Origin: a bacterium
Lineage (GTDB): Bacteria; Zhuqueibacterota; Zhuqueibacteria; Residuimicrobiales; Krinioviventaceae
Assembly (NCBI GenBank): GCA_963675755.2
Contig: CAXXMD010000002.1
Span: 1,728,001-1,792,000 of the forward strand
Length of the DNA: 64,000 bases
Reading direction: 5' to 3'
Below, piece by piece: positions 29,615 through 38,657 of the stretch. The position numbers were made by a program, and so were the translations under genes. How positions within the stretch are numbered: position 1 is the stretch's first letter; each line of letters begins with the position of its first letter. Under the pieces are notes generated by a model that was given only the letters and a program-made list of their open reading frames with translations, was not told where the DNA came from and ran no database searches.

Positions 29615-31780
29615 ATGCGGCATCTCGGGTACATATTTTTTCTAATCATGACAATTTTTATGATCAATTGTAACAGTTCCAACTATCAAAAGATCAGCAA
29701 ACCCAAAGACATAAATACAATAACAAGCCGTGGTGACATAAGCCGATCCGCATTTAAAGATGCGGCACAAATCCCCCTGTACCAGGGAAACGGCAGATTT
29801 GGATGCCTCTATGGTCAACTGGGATTACATCATTCGCCGGTGAGTATTGGAAAATTTGGCAAGTATGGTGTAACCCAATTCATGCATTATGGCCATTTCT
29901 TCAGAGGTAAATACAATAACGATTATCTGCTCCCTCTTGCAAGGATTTACTGGGAGAATGAGCCGCAGGATATAACATCATATAATCAGCACCAATCTTT
30001 TTATGACGGTACAATCACCACATCGTTTTCATTTGGTGAAAATTCAATAACAGTAACCACCTGGTTTGATCCGGTTGATCGCAATATCGCCGGATATAAA
30101 ATTGATGTCAAGGGCAATGGTCCCAACATAATAGTAGCTCCATTAACAACAATAAAAGCGCATTACGGACAGACAGTAAATCAGCAATATTCCGGCAAGA
30201 TTTTAGAGAATACATGGCAAGGCACAATCCAGGCGAATGAAACCACAACAGATTTTGTTATCAAAACCGACTCTCAACTGGATGAAAATGATAGTGGAAT
30301 TGCCATTACCTTACATGAAGGTGAAAACACGATCCTGTTGTCCGTTAATGGAGAAATCAATAAATCCGCAAATCAATCTTTGACAGATACCCAATCCTGG
30401 TGGAATGAAACATGGCAGAACCACGGCTGGGTTGACATAAATGATAATGCAGCCCAAAAGATCTGGGTCAGATCCATTGCATATTTCCTCTCCAGCTTTA
30501 ATGATGATGGAATTGGGCTAGCCCCTCCCTGCGGCCTGGCAGGTAATTTATGGCCATTTGCGTTTCCACAGGACCTCTCTTATATTTTCCCGGTGTTTCT
30601 CTCTACAGGTCATTTAGATATTGCCAAATCCATGATAGAATATTATGCGAATCGGATTGAAGGTAATAAAGCATACACCAAACGGTTGTTTAAAACCGAA
30701 ATCATAAACGGCAAAGTTTATCCGGCAAAACCCAACAGCACAACATCCGTCGATGGTGTGTTTTGCCCCTGGGTATATCCTTATGGTGACTTTGAAAATT
30801 TTCATTATCCAACGCCTCCCAATCGCTGCATGTACGAGATACACAATACCGGATATTTATCGCGAATGGCTTTTGAAACATCAGTTGCTTTAAATAATCC
30901 CGAATGGAGCAAAACCTATGCAGAGCCATTGATCAGTGAAACGGCTCTGTTTTATAAAAGCATATGTACAAAAGAAGCGGACGGATACTGGCATATTTTT
31001 ATTACGCCGGCAATGGGTCAGGATGAAATGGGCGGCATTAACCAAAAAGACTATTTGGATGCGCTTTACGGCGCGCAATACTGTTTTCAAAAAGCAGTAG
31101 AATGCGGATTGGATCCTGACGGAGAGTATCAGCAAATTTTAAAAGACGGTCTTGCTTTTCCTACCCTTGTTTCTCCCCAAGGTTACTATTTTACCTGCGA
31201 AGGACAAACCTTGAGCCAGTTTGGCACACAAAAACACCCGCCACAGCTTAACGCATTGGCCTTTTTGCCGGTAGGCAAAGTAAATGATGTGGTTAAAACA
31301 TCCTACAATTTGCGTTATGAATTGACGGACAAAGCCTCTACCCCGTTTTTCTGGGGCTGGACGATGGGTGAATTTTTGCTCGCCGGCTCACGCATGGGTG
31401 ATGTTGAAGGCTGGAAAAAAGACTGGGATAATGTATTCAAAGCCGATTATATGGATCCGGATTATATCCAGATTTATGAATCGAGCAAAAAGTGGTATGG
31501 CTCATTTTACATTACCACCCATGGTCTGTTTGCGCAAACCTTGATTGAGAATATTGTATCTACCTGGAATGACGAACTTGCTATTGGCCATTGCATGCCC
31601 TGGGAAAAAGTTCGTTTTGGACAAATCCATACCCAGTTGGGTGTGGATGTAAGCGGTAAAATTGAAAACAACCGCGCGGATTTGGTGCTAAAAGCCTGGA
31701 AAGACACGGAATTTCGCTTGAACGGCAAGGAATACGTATTGAAAAAGGGGCAAACCCAATCAGTTAAAACGGATTTATAG
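29615..31780 (+). CDS. Six-hairpin glycosidase-like protein (GH95/GH65-like), probable lipoprotein
   Basis: Signal peptide with Cys; GNGRFG at the N-terminus; WWNETW; Trp/Asp/Glu-rich helical domain. Confidence 0.6.
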   Translation: MRHLGYIFFLIMTIFMINCNSSNYQKISKPKDINTITSRGDISRSAFKDAAQIPLYQGNGRFGCLYGQLGLHHSPVSIGKFGKYGVTQFMHYGHFFRGKYNNDYLLPLARIYWENEPQDITSYNQHQSFYDGTITTSFSFGENSITVTTWFDPVDRNIAGYKIDVKGNGPNIIVAPLTTIKAHYGQTVNQQYSGKILENTWQGTIQANETTTDFVIKTDSQLDENDSGIAITLHEGENTILLSVNGEINKSANQSLTDTQSWWNETWQNHGWVDINDNAAQKIWVRSIAYFLSSFNDDGIGLAPPCGLAGNLWPFAFPQDLSYIFPVFLSTGHLDIAKSMIEYYANRIEGNKAYTKRLFKTEIINGKVYPAKPNSTTSVDGVFCPWVYPYGDFENFHYPTPPNRCMYEIHNTGYLSRMAFETSVALNNPEWSKTYAEPLISETALFYKSICTKEADGYWHIFITPAMGQDEMGGINQKDYLDALYGAQYCFQKAVECGLDPDGEYQQILKDGLAFPTLVSPQGYYFTCEGQTLSQFGTQKHPPQLNALAFLPVGKVNDVVKTSYNLRYELTDKASTPFFWGWTMGEFLLAGSRMGDVEGWKKDWDNVFKADYMDPDYIQIYESSKKWYGSFYITTHGLFAQTLIENIVSTWNDELAIGHCMPWEKVRFGQIHTQLGVDVSGKIENNRADLVLKAWKDTEFRLNGKEYVLKKGQTQSVKTDL

Positions 31781-31783
31781 AAT

Positions 31784-32433
31784 TTTGCGTGACGGAGATC
31801 GCTTTGCTTATCTCCGTCACGATCTTTTTTTTCTTGTTATCATCAGTTCTTGTTGCCCGGTATCTCGGAGGTGCCGGGCAATTCGTTTTAAAAATAAGCT
31901 TTATTTTTAAATCCCACCGTAACAGTAAACATTTGCGCCATACCAAGTTAATCTCATACAACCAATTCAATTAATCACTTTAAAAATCGCTTAAACAGAG
32001 TTTAAGACGTAATAATTCGGGACAAATGTCCCGTTACAATATTCCGTGATTCAGGGATCTGCATCACGATCATTTTCTTTGCGTGACAGAGACCGCTTCG
32101 CTTATCTCCGTCACGATCTTTCTTTCTTATTATAATCAGCAAGTTGCCCGGCACCTCCGAGGTGTCGAAAAAATCAGAATTAACACTTAAAAGTCTCAAG
32201 ATCTACTCGCCGGTGCTTCGATATGCTCGTCCGCTTTCGCGGACTCGCACTCAGCAACCGGTTTTTTCCTTTTTCCTTTGCGTGACAGAGACCGCTTTGC
32301 TTATCTCCATCACGATCTTTTTTCTTGTTATAATCAGCAAGTTGCCCGGCACCTCTGGGGTTTCTGATAACTTTGCGTGACAGAGACCGCTTCGCTTATC
32401 TCCGTCACGATCATTTTTACTTGTAATAATCAG
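31784..32433. repeat. Four direct copies of a ~62-bp hairpin repeat interspersed with other REP-like units
   Basis: TTTGCGTGACRGAGAYCGCTTYGCTTATCTCCRTCACGATC...AATCAG at 31784, 32078, 32277 and 32372. Confidence 0.9.
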
Positions 32434-32461
32434 TGTCTGGCCGCACTTGCAGATTCGTCTG

Positions 32462-32570
32462 CAGTTCATTCAATCTGGGTAATCCGGAGAATCCTTTAAT
32501 CAAGGTTGAAAATACAGCACAGTTCATTCAATCAGGGTAATCCGTAGAATCCTTAAATCATGGTTAAAAA
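32462..32570. repeat. Two tandem copies (58-bp period) of an AATCC-periodic repeat
   Basis: CAGTTCATTCAATCWGGGTAATCCGKAGAATCCTTWAATCAWGGTT at 32462 and 32520. Confidence 0.85.
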
Positions 32571-32653
32571 AACACCTTTGCACTGAATATTCTTCAACGC
32601 TACATTGTTATTTTATTGATGAATTACCCAACCTGTAGCAAGCGGGCAGTAAA

Positions 32654-34366
32654 ATGGATTTGAAAAGAATACTCTTAATTACACTGATTTTTTTGGGAAA
32701 CGTTTTATTTGCGGAAAACTATTTGATCAATGGCGGTCAGGAATCGCAGATCAATTACTTGATGGTGCAAAAAATAGAACCGGCACGCGGTACCAAAAAA
32801 TTGTTAATGAGCTATGTGGTTCCCACATCATTCAGTTCGCCTACTTACCAGCAGCGAATCAGCAAATACAATATTATATTTTCGGAAAAACCCAACTCCC
32901 GTAGGGATTATCTAGACGACCGCGGTAACAAAATCGTTCGTGTAGTATGGAACAGGCCGCGAAAATCCATCGAAACCACCATTTCTATTCAAGCACACAA
33001 TACCACCAGTTTGAACGCGCTCGAAACCAGAGCCTCATTCCCTGTCCGTTCAATACCGAGAGAGATTCAGCCCTATCTTGCTTCAACCCAGCAAACCCCG
33101 GCAAACGATCCCATGATCCAATCTACCGCCCGCAAACTCACCCGGGACAGTGAAACAATATTCGATGCGGTACAAAACATACTCGCCTGGGTAGTAGACC
33201 ACATGACCTATGTACTTATCCCGCAGCAATATGATGCCATGTACTCGTTTCAAACCGGCAAGGGCAATTGTCAGAATTATTCGCACTTGTCAGCATCTTT
33301 GATGCGCGCAGTGGGCATTCCCGCGCGGATTGTCAATGGCGTTACCTTGAAAGAACCCTACGAAATTGAGACCCCACGCGGAATCTTTACCATGAAAATG
33401 GCACAAGGACGACATTCATGGATTGAGGTCTGGTTCCCGGATTTGGGATGGGTACCGTTCGATCCGCAGCAGACTGCTTTATATGTGAGCAACCGGTTTA
33501 TTCGTATAGAAGTGGGTGTGGACAATGACGACACCTCAAACGACGGACTGGTACGCTGGTCCTTGAGTCGGGGATACCGTGGCAAGCCCGGTTTTGAAGA
33601 ACTGATTCATGCGGATTTTAAACGGGACCAGGTCAAGCTTTTAGCTGAACGACAGGATTGGGGCCCCGCGAAATTATTATTTTATCCCGAGGTTCAATCC
33701 GAGTACAACCGTTCCCTTGCCCAGGTACAGTATTCTGCAGTACAGGCTGTATCACCTCAGGAAATGAACAATGCCAGCTTTAGTCGTAAATCCATTACGG
33801 GTAACCTGGAATTCCCGGAAAACATTTCATTTATCGAAACACGGGGACCAGCTACGAGTGTAGAAAGCGAAAATCCGGAAGATGAAGAACTAGAGATGCG
33901 TAAAAACTTTTTGGTGGAAACTGCCGAATATGTAACCACACAGGGCACTCAATACGCGCAAACGTTTATACTAAATGAACCAACTAAATTAGAATCTGCA
34001 GCCCTTGCCCTGCATAAATTTGGCGGCAGCGGACAGCTCTGGCTGGAACTTTATAAAGACGACGGAAACGGTAAACCCGGCGAATATATCTCTACCAGTG
34101 AATATATGCCGGTTAAAAAATTACCGCAATCACAGGGCTATTCCTGGATAGATTTTGCATTTGATAATGGAACGCCCCCCCTGTCTCCCGGACGCTACTG
34201 GCTGGCTTTGGGGTTCACTGGTAGTCCTATTATCAACTGGTTTTACACCTATGGCAAATCCGTTGGGCCCATTGACGGCACCAGATACAAGACTTTATTT
34301 GATGATACCTGGGGCCGCAGCCTTACTTTTGAATTTAATTATCGAATAACCGGGCTAACACCATAA
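32654..34366 (+). CDS. Exported transglutaminase-like protein, paralog 1
   Basis: Signal peptide; triad GNCQNY / HSWIEV / FDP; C-terminal beta-rich domain. Confidence 0.88.
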   Translation: MDLKRILLITLIFLGNVLFAENYLINGGQESQINYLMVQKIEPARGTKKLLMSYVVPTSFSSPTYQQRISKYNIIFSEKPNSRRDYLDDRGNKIVRVVWNRPRKSIETTISIQAHNTTSLNALETRASFPVRSIPREIQPYLASTQQTPANDPMIQSTARKLTRDSETIFDAVQNILAWVVDHMTYVLIPQQYDAMYSFQTGKGNCQNYSHLSASLMRAVGIPARIVNGVTLKEPYEIETPRGIFTMKMAQGRHSWIEVWFPDLGWVPFDPQQTALYVSNRFIRIEVGVDNDDTSNDGLVRWSLSRGYRGKPGFEELIHADFKRDQVKLLAERQDWGPAKLLFYPEVQSEYNRSLAQVQYSAVQAVSPQEMNNASFSRKSITGNLEFPENISFIETRGPATSVESENPEDEELEMRKNFLVETAEYVTTQGTQYAQTFILNEPTKLESAALALHKFGGSGQLWLELYKDDGNGKPGEYISTSEYMPVKKLPQSQGYSWIDFAFDNGTPPLSPGRYWLALGFTGSPIINWFYTYGKSVGPIDGTRYKTLFDDTWGRSLTFEFNYRITGLTP

Positions 34367-34429
34367 ATATCAATATATTATATTTTTTACCAGGATTTGA
34401 TTTATATCAACTTTTTTTGCATTAGGGGA

Positions 34430-34457
34430 TTGACAAAAGACTGGAATTTATTATATT
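34430..34457 (+). promoter_or_regulatory. Sigma70 promoter for paralog 2
   Basis: TTGACA-16 nt-TATATT. Confidence 0.55.
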
Positions 34458-34506
34458 AGACCGGTTAGCATATTTACTCCGTTTTGGGGTTTTGAAGGAG
34501 AACATT

Positions 34507-36207
34507 ATGAAGTTAAAAATTATAACCATCCTTTTAATATCCACATTTATAACATCTTTTGCAGAAAATTATTTAATCAATGGCGGACAGGAATCTCAAA
34601 TCAATTATCAGATGGTGCAAAAGGTTGTTCCGGCATCCGGCACTAAAAAGCTGAAACTCTCTTATGTGGTTCCGGTAACATTTACATCCCCCACGTACAA
34701 CCAACGTATCAGTCAATTTGATGTCAATTTTTCACTCCAACCGGATAAACGTAATGAAACAACAGACAAACGTGGTAATAAAATTATCCAGGTAGAGTGG
34801 GACAATCCCAGCATGTCTACACCCATCAACACAACAATAACCATAATTGCCATGAACCAGACGCGGTTGCAGCAGCTGCAAACCAGCGCACCCTTTCCGC
34901 TCACCAGCCTTGAAAAATCCGAACGCCAGTATCTGGAATCGACCGAACAGGTGCCCTCTTCCAACGCGCGCATTATTCAAAAAGCAAAACAGTTGACCAA
35001 CGGATCCAAAACCGAATTTGATGCTGTACAGAAAATATTAACCTGGGTTGTGGATCATATGAACTATGTCCTTTTACCCAAAAGTTACAATGCCATGTAC
35101 TCGTTTGAAACGGGTAAAGGCAACTGTCAAAACTATTCACATTTAGCAGCCGCACTGATGAAAGCTGTGGGCATACCGGCACGTATTGTTAATGGTGTAA
35201 CCCTGAAACAACCCTATGATATCAGTACCAACCAGGGTACCCTGACCATGAAGATGGCCCAGGGCCGCCACTCGTGGATTGAAGTCTACTTTCCTGATTT
35301 AGGATGGGTACCTTTCGATCCGCAGCAGACTGCCTTATATGTCAGCAATCGCTTTGTCCGCGTAGAGATCGGTCTGGACAATGAGGAAACCGCCAGCGAC
35401 GGCTTGATCCGCTGGACCCAGAGCCGGGGACACGATGACATTCCACGCTTTGAAGAGGTGATCGATGCTGCTTTACCGGGTGATCGTGTACAGTTGACCG
35501 CAACCAAACAAAACTGGGGACCGCAAAAGCTCATGTTTTATCCCCAGGTGGAAGCAAACTTTACCAAAGTCTCTACTCCCAAACCCCCGCCCCCTCAAAA
35601 AGTACCGCAAAGCGATCTTGAACGTATGAACTATAATACGCCTTATATGTTTGGGAATTTGGAATATCCTCAAAACATGGATTTCATGTCTGTACGCGGA
35701 CCAGCGCAATCCACCGGTGAAGAGGGCGGCAAAGAAATGCGCAAAAACTTTTTGGTTGAAACCGCCGAGTATGTAACCACACGCGGCAACCAATACGCGC
35801 AGACATTTATATTAAAAAAGCCTATGAAAATGCTCAAAACCGGACTCGCCCTGCACAAATTTGGCGGTGACGGCCAACTCTGGATTGAACTATATAAAGA
35901 CGACGGCAGTGGCAAACCCGGCGACTATATCGCAACCAGCGATTACCTGCCCCTGGCAAACCTGTCTTTTGCGCCAGGATACCGATGGGTGGATTTTAAT
36001 TTCTCAGACGCTCCCCTGCTCTCTCCCGGTCGCTATTGGATAGCCATGGGATTTACCGGCAGCCCCATTATCAACTGGTTCTACAGTTATGGAAAACCCG
36101 TAGGCCCGGCAGACGGCACGCGCTACAAAACCCTGTTTGACGAAGGCTGGAGCCGCAGTCTCAATTTTGAGTTCAATTATCGGGTAGCGGGGTATTCGAC
36201 GAAATAA
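34507..36207 (+). CDS. Exported transglutaminase-like protein, paralog 2
   Basis: Same architecture and triad as paralog 1; ATG 34507 follows AAGGAG. Confidence 0.88.
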   Translation: MKLKIITILLISTFITSFAENYLINGGQESQINYQMVQKVVPASGTKKLKLSYVVPVTFTSPTYNQRISQFDVNFSLQPDKRNETTDKRGNKIIQVEWDNPSMSTPINTTITIIAMNQTRLQQLQTSAPFPLTSLEKSERQYLESTEQVPSSNARIIQKAKQLTNGSKTEFDAVQKILTWVVDHMNYVLLPKSYNAMYSFETGKGNCQNYSHLAAALMKAVGIPARIVNGVTLKQPYDISTNQGTLTMKMAQGRHSWIEVYFPDLGWVPFDPQQTALYVSNRFVRVEIGLDNEETASDGLIRWTQSRGHDDIPRFEEVIDAALPGDRVQLTATKQNWGPQKLMFYPQVEANFTKVSTPKPPPPQKVPQSDLERMNYNTPYMFGNLEYPQNMDFMSVRGPAQSTGEEGGKEMRKNFLVETAEYVTTRGNQYAQTFILKKPMKMLKTGLALHKFGGDGQLWIELYKDDGSGKPGDYIATSDYLPLANLSFAPGYRWVDFNFSDAPLLSPGRYWIAMGFTGSPIINWFYSYGKPVGPADGTRYKTLFDEGWSRSLNFEFNYRVAGYSTK

Positions 36208-36283
36208 ATACGTAAAACGGTAAATGTTAGATGTAAGACGTTGAAGGGAAGAGTTTTAAGATTAATATCTTATATCCTACTCC

Positions 36284-36314
36284 CTGATTGTAAGGGCGGA
36301 TCTGCGTGTCCGCC
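36284..36314 (+). repeat. REP-like palindrome GTAAGGGCGGAYCTGCRTGTCCGCC, copy 1
   Basis: CTGATTGTAAGGGCGGATCTGCGTGTCCGCC. Confidence 0.85.
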
Positions 36315-36595
36315 TTTTTTTTTTCAATAGGATGCATAGAATTAAAGAATTATTAGGATTAAAATCTGGTCTATTTTCAAATCCAATCACCCAATTCATC
36401 CTAAAAACCTGAATTCAGGCAAGTATATTAAGCCACAAATCTGCACGGATTGCTTACTTTTCCTTGATCATTTATTTCAACAAGCCAACTGAGTGAAATG
36501 TAATATCTATTTTGAAAAGAGGATAATTATTTCTACATTTATTTAACAAATCAATACAATTTCAAAGTTATTCATTAATACCCAAGGGGGCATGA

Positions 36596-38293
36596 ATGAA
36601 AATCCTTTTTTCAATTTGCACAATATTAATTTTATTTATTCCATCTTATTCGTTTACAAAAGAATACATACTTTATCAAAATAGAATTGATACAAACATA
36701 CCTCAATTGGATATTGAGACAGTAGAAATCCCACAAAAATCAGATTTCACACCAATCAACAAATGCCAACTTGACAGCATTATATATACAACTGAAGGAC
36801 AAGATATTACACACAAGATGTATTTTGATTATATAAAACCAGGGTACATAAGCTTCCTTTTATTAAATACATTTAATCCGGAAACCGGTCAGTGGGGAAA
36901 TTATAGTCGCACTACATTTACTTATAATGCCACCTGGGATACCCAAACTTCAATCACCCAGAGGTGGGACGATGATAAGGAATCATGGAATGATGGAACT
37001 CGGTACATAAAAAAGTATGACAATAATAACAATCTATTATCAAATCATTCAATGACTTGGAATGATTTAAATAATAAATGGAATAATAGAATAAAATATA
37101 CATATACATATGATAACAGAAATAACATGTTATCATATATTAGTCAGAGATGGAATAATGATGCCAATGATTGGTTCACAGAAATTGAATATATATATTC
37201 TTATGACGAAAATGATTCTGTTTTAACATATCAATGGAATAGTTTTATAAATAACAATCTATCGAGTAGCCAATTAACTGAAAACAAATATGATGAAAGA
37301 GGAAATAAAATATTTGCTCATGAACGTTCAATGAATTTAACAATAGGGGAAATTACCTGGCAAGAAGGTGCTAGAACTACTTTGACTTATAATGATGAAA
37401 ATAAATTAACCAGCAAACTGCTTGAATATTGGATTAAAGAAGCAAAAAAATGGGAACCCTATTCACAAGAATTATATACCTATGATGAAAACAGTAACAA
37501 GTTATCATATTGTATCCAAAATTGGCATCCGGAATATCATATATGGATTGATTATTATAAAATGATTTATACATATAATGAATATAATAAAGTAGATACT
37601 TATTTAGGATCAAGATGGGATATAGATGAGAAAAGATGGATCGATACACAAAAAATCACATATTATTATAACAGTATGGGAGAACTCTTATCTCAATTAG
37701 AGGTTATTTGGTATGAAAATCAATGGAGAAATAATTTCCGAACAACATATGCATATGGTTTGGATAACTCTGAAATTAAAACAGTAGAAAGCTGGGAGTA
37801 CTCGATTAATGAGTGGCGTTATCAACATAAATTAATACAAAAACACGATAATAATAATTGTTTAACATACTGGAATTTAAAAACCTGGAGAAATGGTGCA
37901 TGGGAAAACAACCAAACCTTAACAAATGAGTTTACTACAAGTAATATTGATTTTGAAATAAATTGTAGCGAATTGTATGCTTATTACTCACAACCTGCAA
38001 CAAGAGTAGAAAACCAGAACAAAAATGTTAACACTTTTGAACTTGCACAAAACTATCCCAATCCCTTTAATCCCACTACAACAATAAACTATTCAATCGA
38101 AAAAGCATCTCATGTAAAACTCGGCATATATAACACATTAGGGCAGCTTGTATCCGTTTTGGTTGATATACTTCAACAACCCGGCAAATACAGTGTAAAA
38201 TATAATGCAAATCAATCTTGTAGTGGAGTTTATTACTACAAGCTTGAAACCGGAGAGCAAAAAAGTATACGCAAAATGTTGTATCTAAAATAG
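36596..38293 (+). CDS. Secreted Trp/Tyr-rich repeat protein with T9SS type-A sorting domain
   Basis: Signal peptide; repeated W....Y.YD.N.N units; NYPNPFNPTTTI...SGVYYY...RKMLYLK; strongly AT-rich. Confidence 0.88.
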   Translation: MKILFSICTILILFIPSYSFTKEYILYQNRIDTNIPQLDIETVEIPQKSDFTPINKCQLDSIIYTTEGQDITHKMYFDYIKPGYISFLLLNTFNPETGQWGNYSRTTFTYNATWDTQTSITQRWDDDKESWNDGTRYIKKYDNNNNLLSNHSMTWNDLNNKWNNRIKYTYTYDNRNNMLSYISQRWNNDANDWFTEIEYIYSYDENDSVLTYQWNSFINNNLSSSQLTENKYDERGNKIFAHERSMNLTIGEITWQEGARTTLTYNDENKLTSKLLEYWIKEAKKWEPYSQELYTYDENSNKLSYCIQNWHPEYHIWIDYYKMIYTYNEYNKVDTYLGSRWDIDEKRWIDTQKITYYYNSMGELLSQLEVIWYENQWRNNFRTTYAYGLDNSEIKTVESWEYSINEWRYQHKLIQKHDNNNCLTYWNLKTWRNGAWENNQTLTNEFTTSNIDFEINCSELYAYYSQPATRVENQNKNVNTFELAQNYPNPFNPTTTINYSIEKASHVKLGIYNTLGQLVSVLVDILQQPGKYSVKYNANQSCSGVYYYKLETGEQKSIRKMLYLK

Positions 38294-38316
38294 AATACCT
38301 ACAAATTGCCTGACCT

Positions 38317-38348
38317 CTGATTGTAAGGGCGGACCTGCATGTCCGCCC
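38317..38348 (+). repeat. REP-like palindrome, copy 2
   Basis: CTGATTGTAAGGGCGGACCTGCATGTCCGCCC; 29/31 identical to copy 1. Confidence 0.85.
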
Positions 38349-38657
38349 ATTTTTATGACTTGAGAATACTTAACAGTAATTCTGAAACAGATTCAACCAA
38401 GCCTCGTATTATTGTTTAAATCCAATTTCACTAAAAAGAGGAGGCTTTCACAAAAGTCAATAGCTGCCAGCTCTATTCCTGATAACTGAAAACCTTTTCA
38501 CATCTCACATAGATTCAGTCAACCAGCTACCGCATTTTTCTCTGTATTTATTCTCAACAAATCTCCCTCAAAAAAATTTATTTTTTTATTAAAAAATCAT
38601 TCTATATTAGATAAAATATTTCACTCCCTTAACAGATTACTCAGAAAGGACCGGTCT

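Noticed and set aside
31784-32433. CRISPR array
   Set aside because: Repeats are ~62 bp, spacing is irregular (294/199/95), the intervening DNA is itself repetitive, and there are no cas genes
31764-32469. Short ORFs within the repeat mosaic
   Set aside because: They are translations of the repeats on both strands, with no RBS or protein-like features
32654-36207. Diversity-generating retroelement TR/VR pair
   Set aside because: Similarity spans whole genes, differences do not look adenine-specific, and no reverse transcriptase is present
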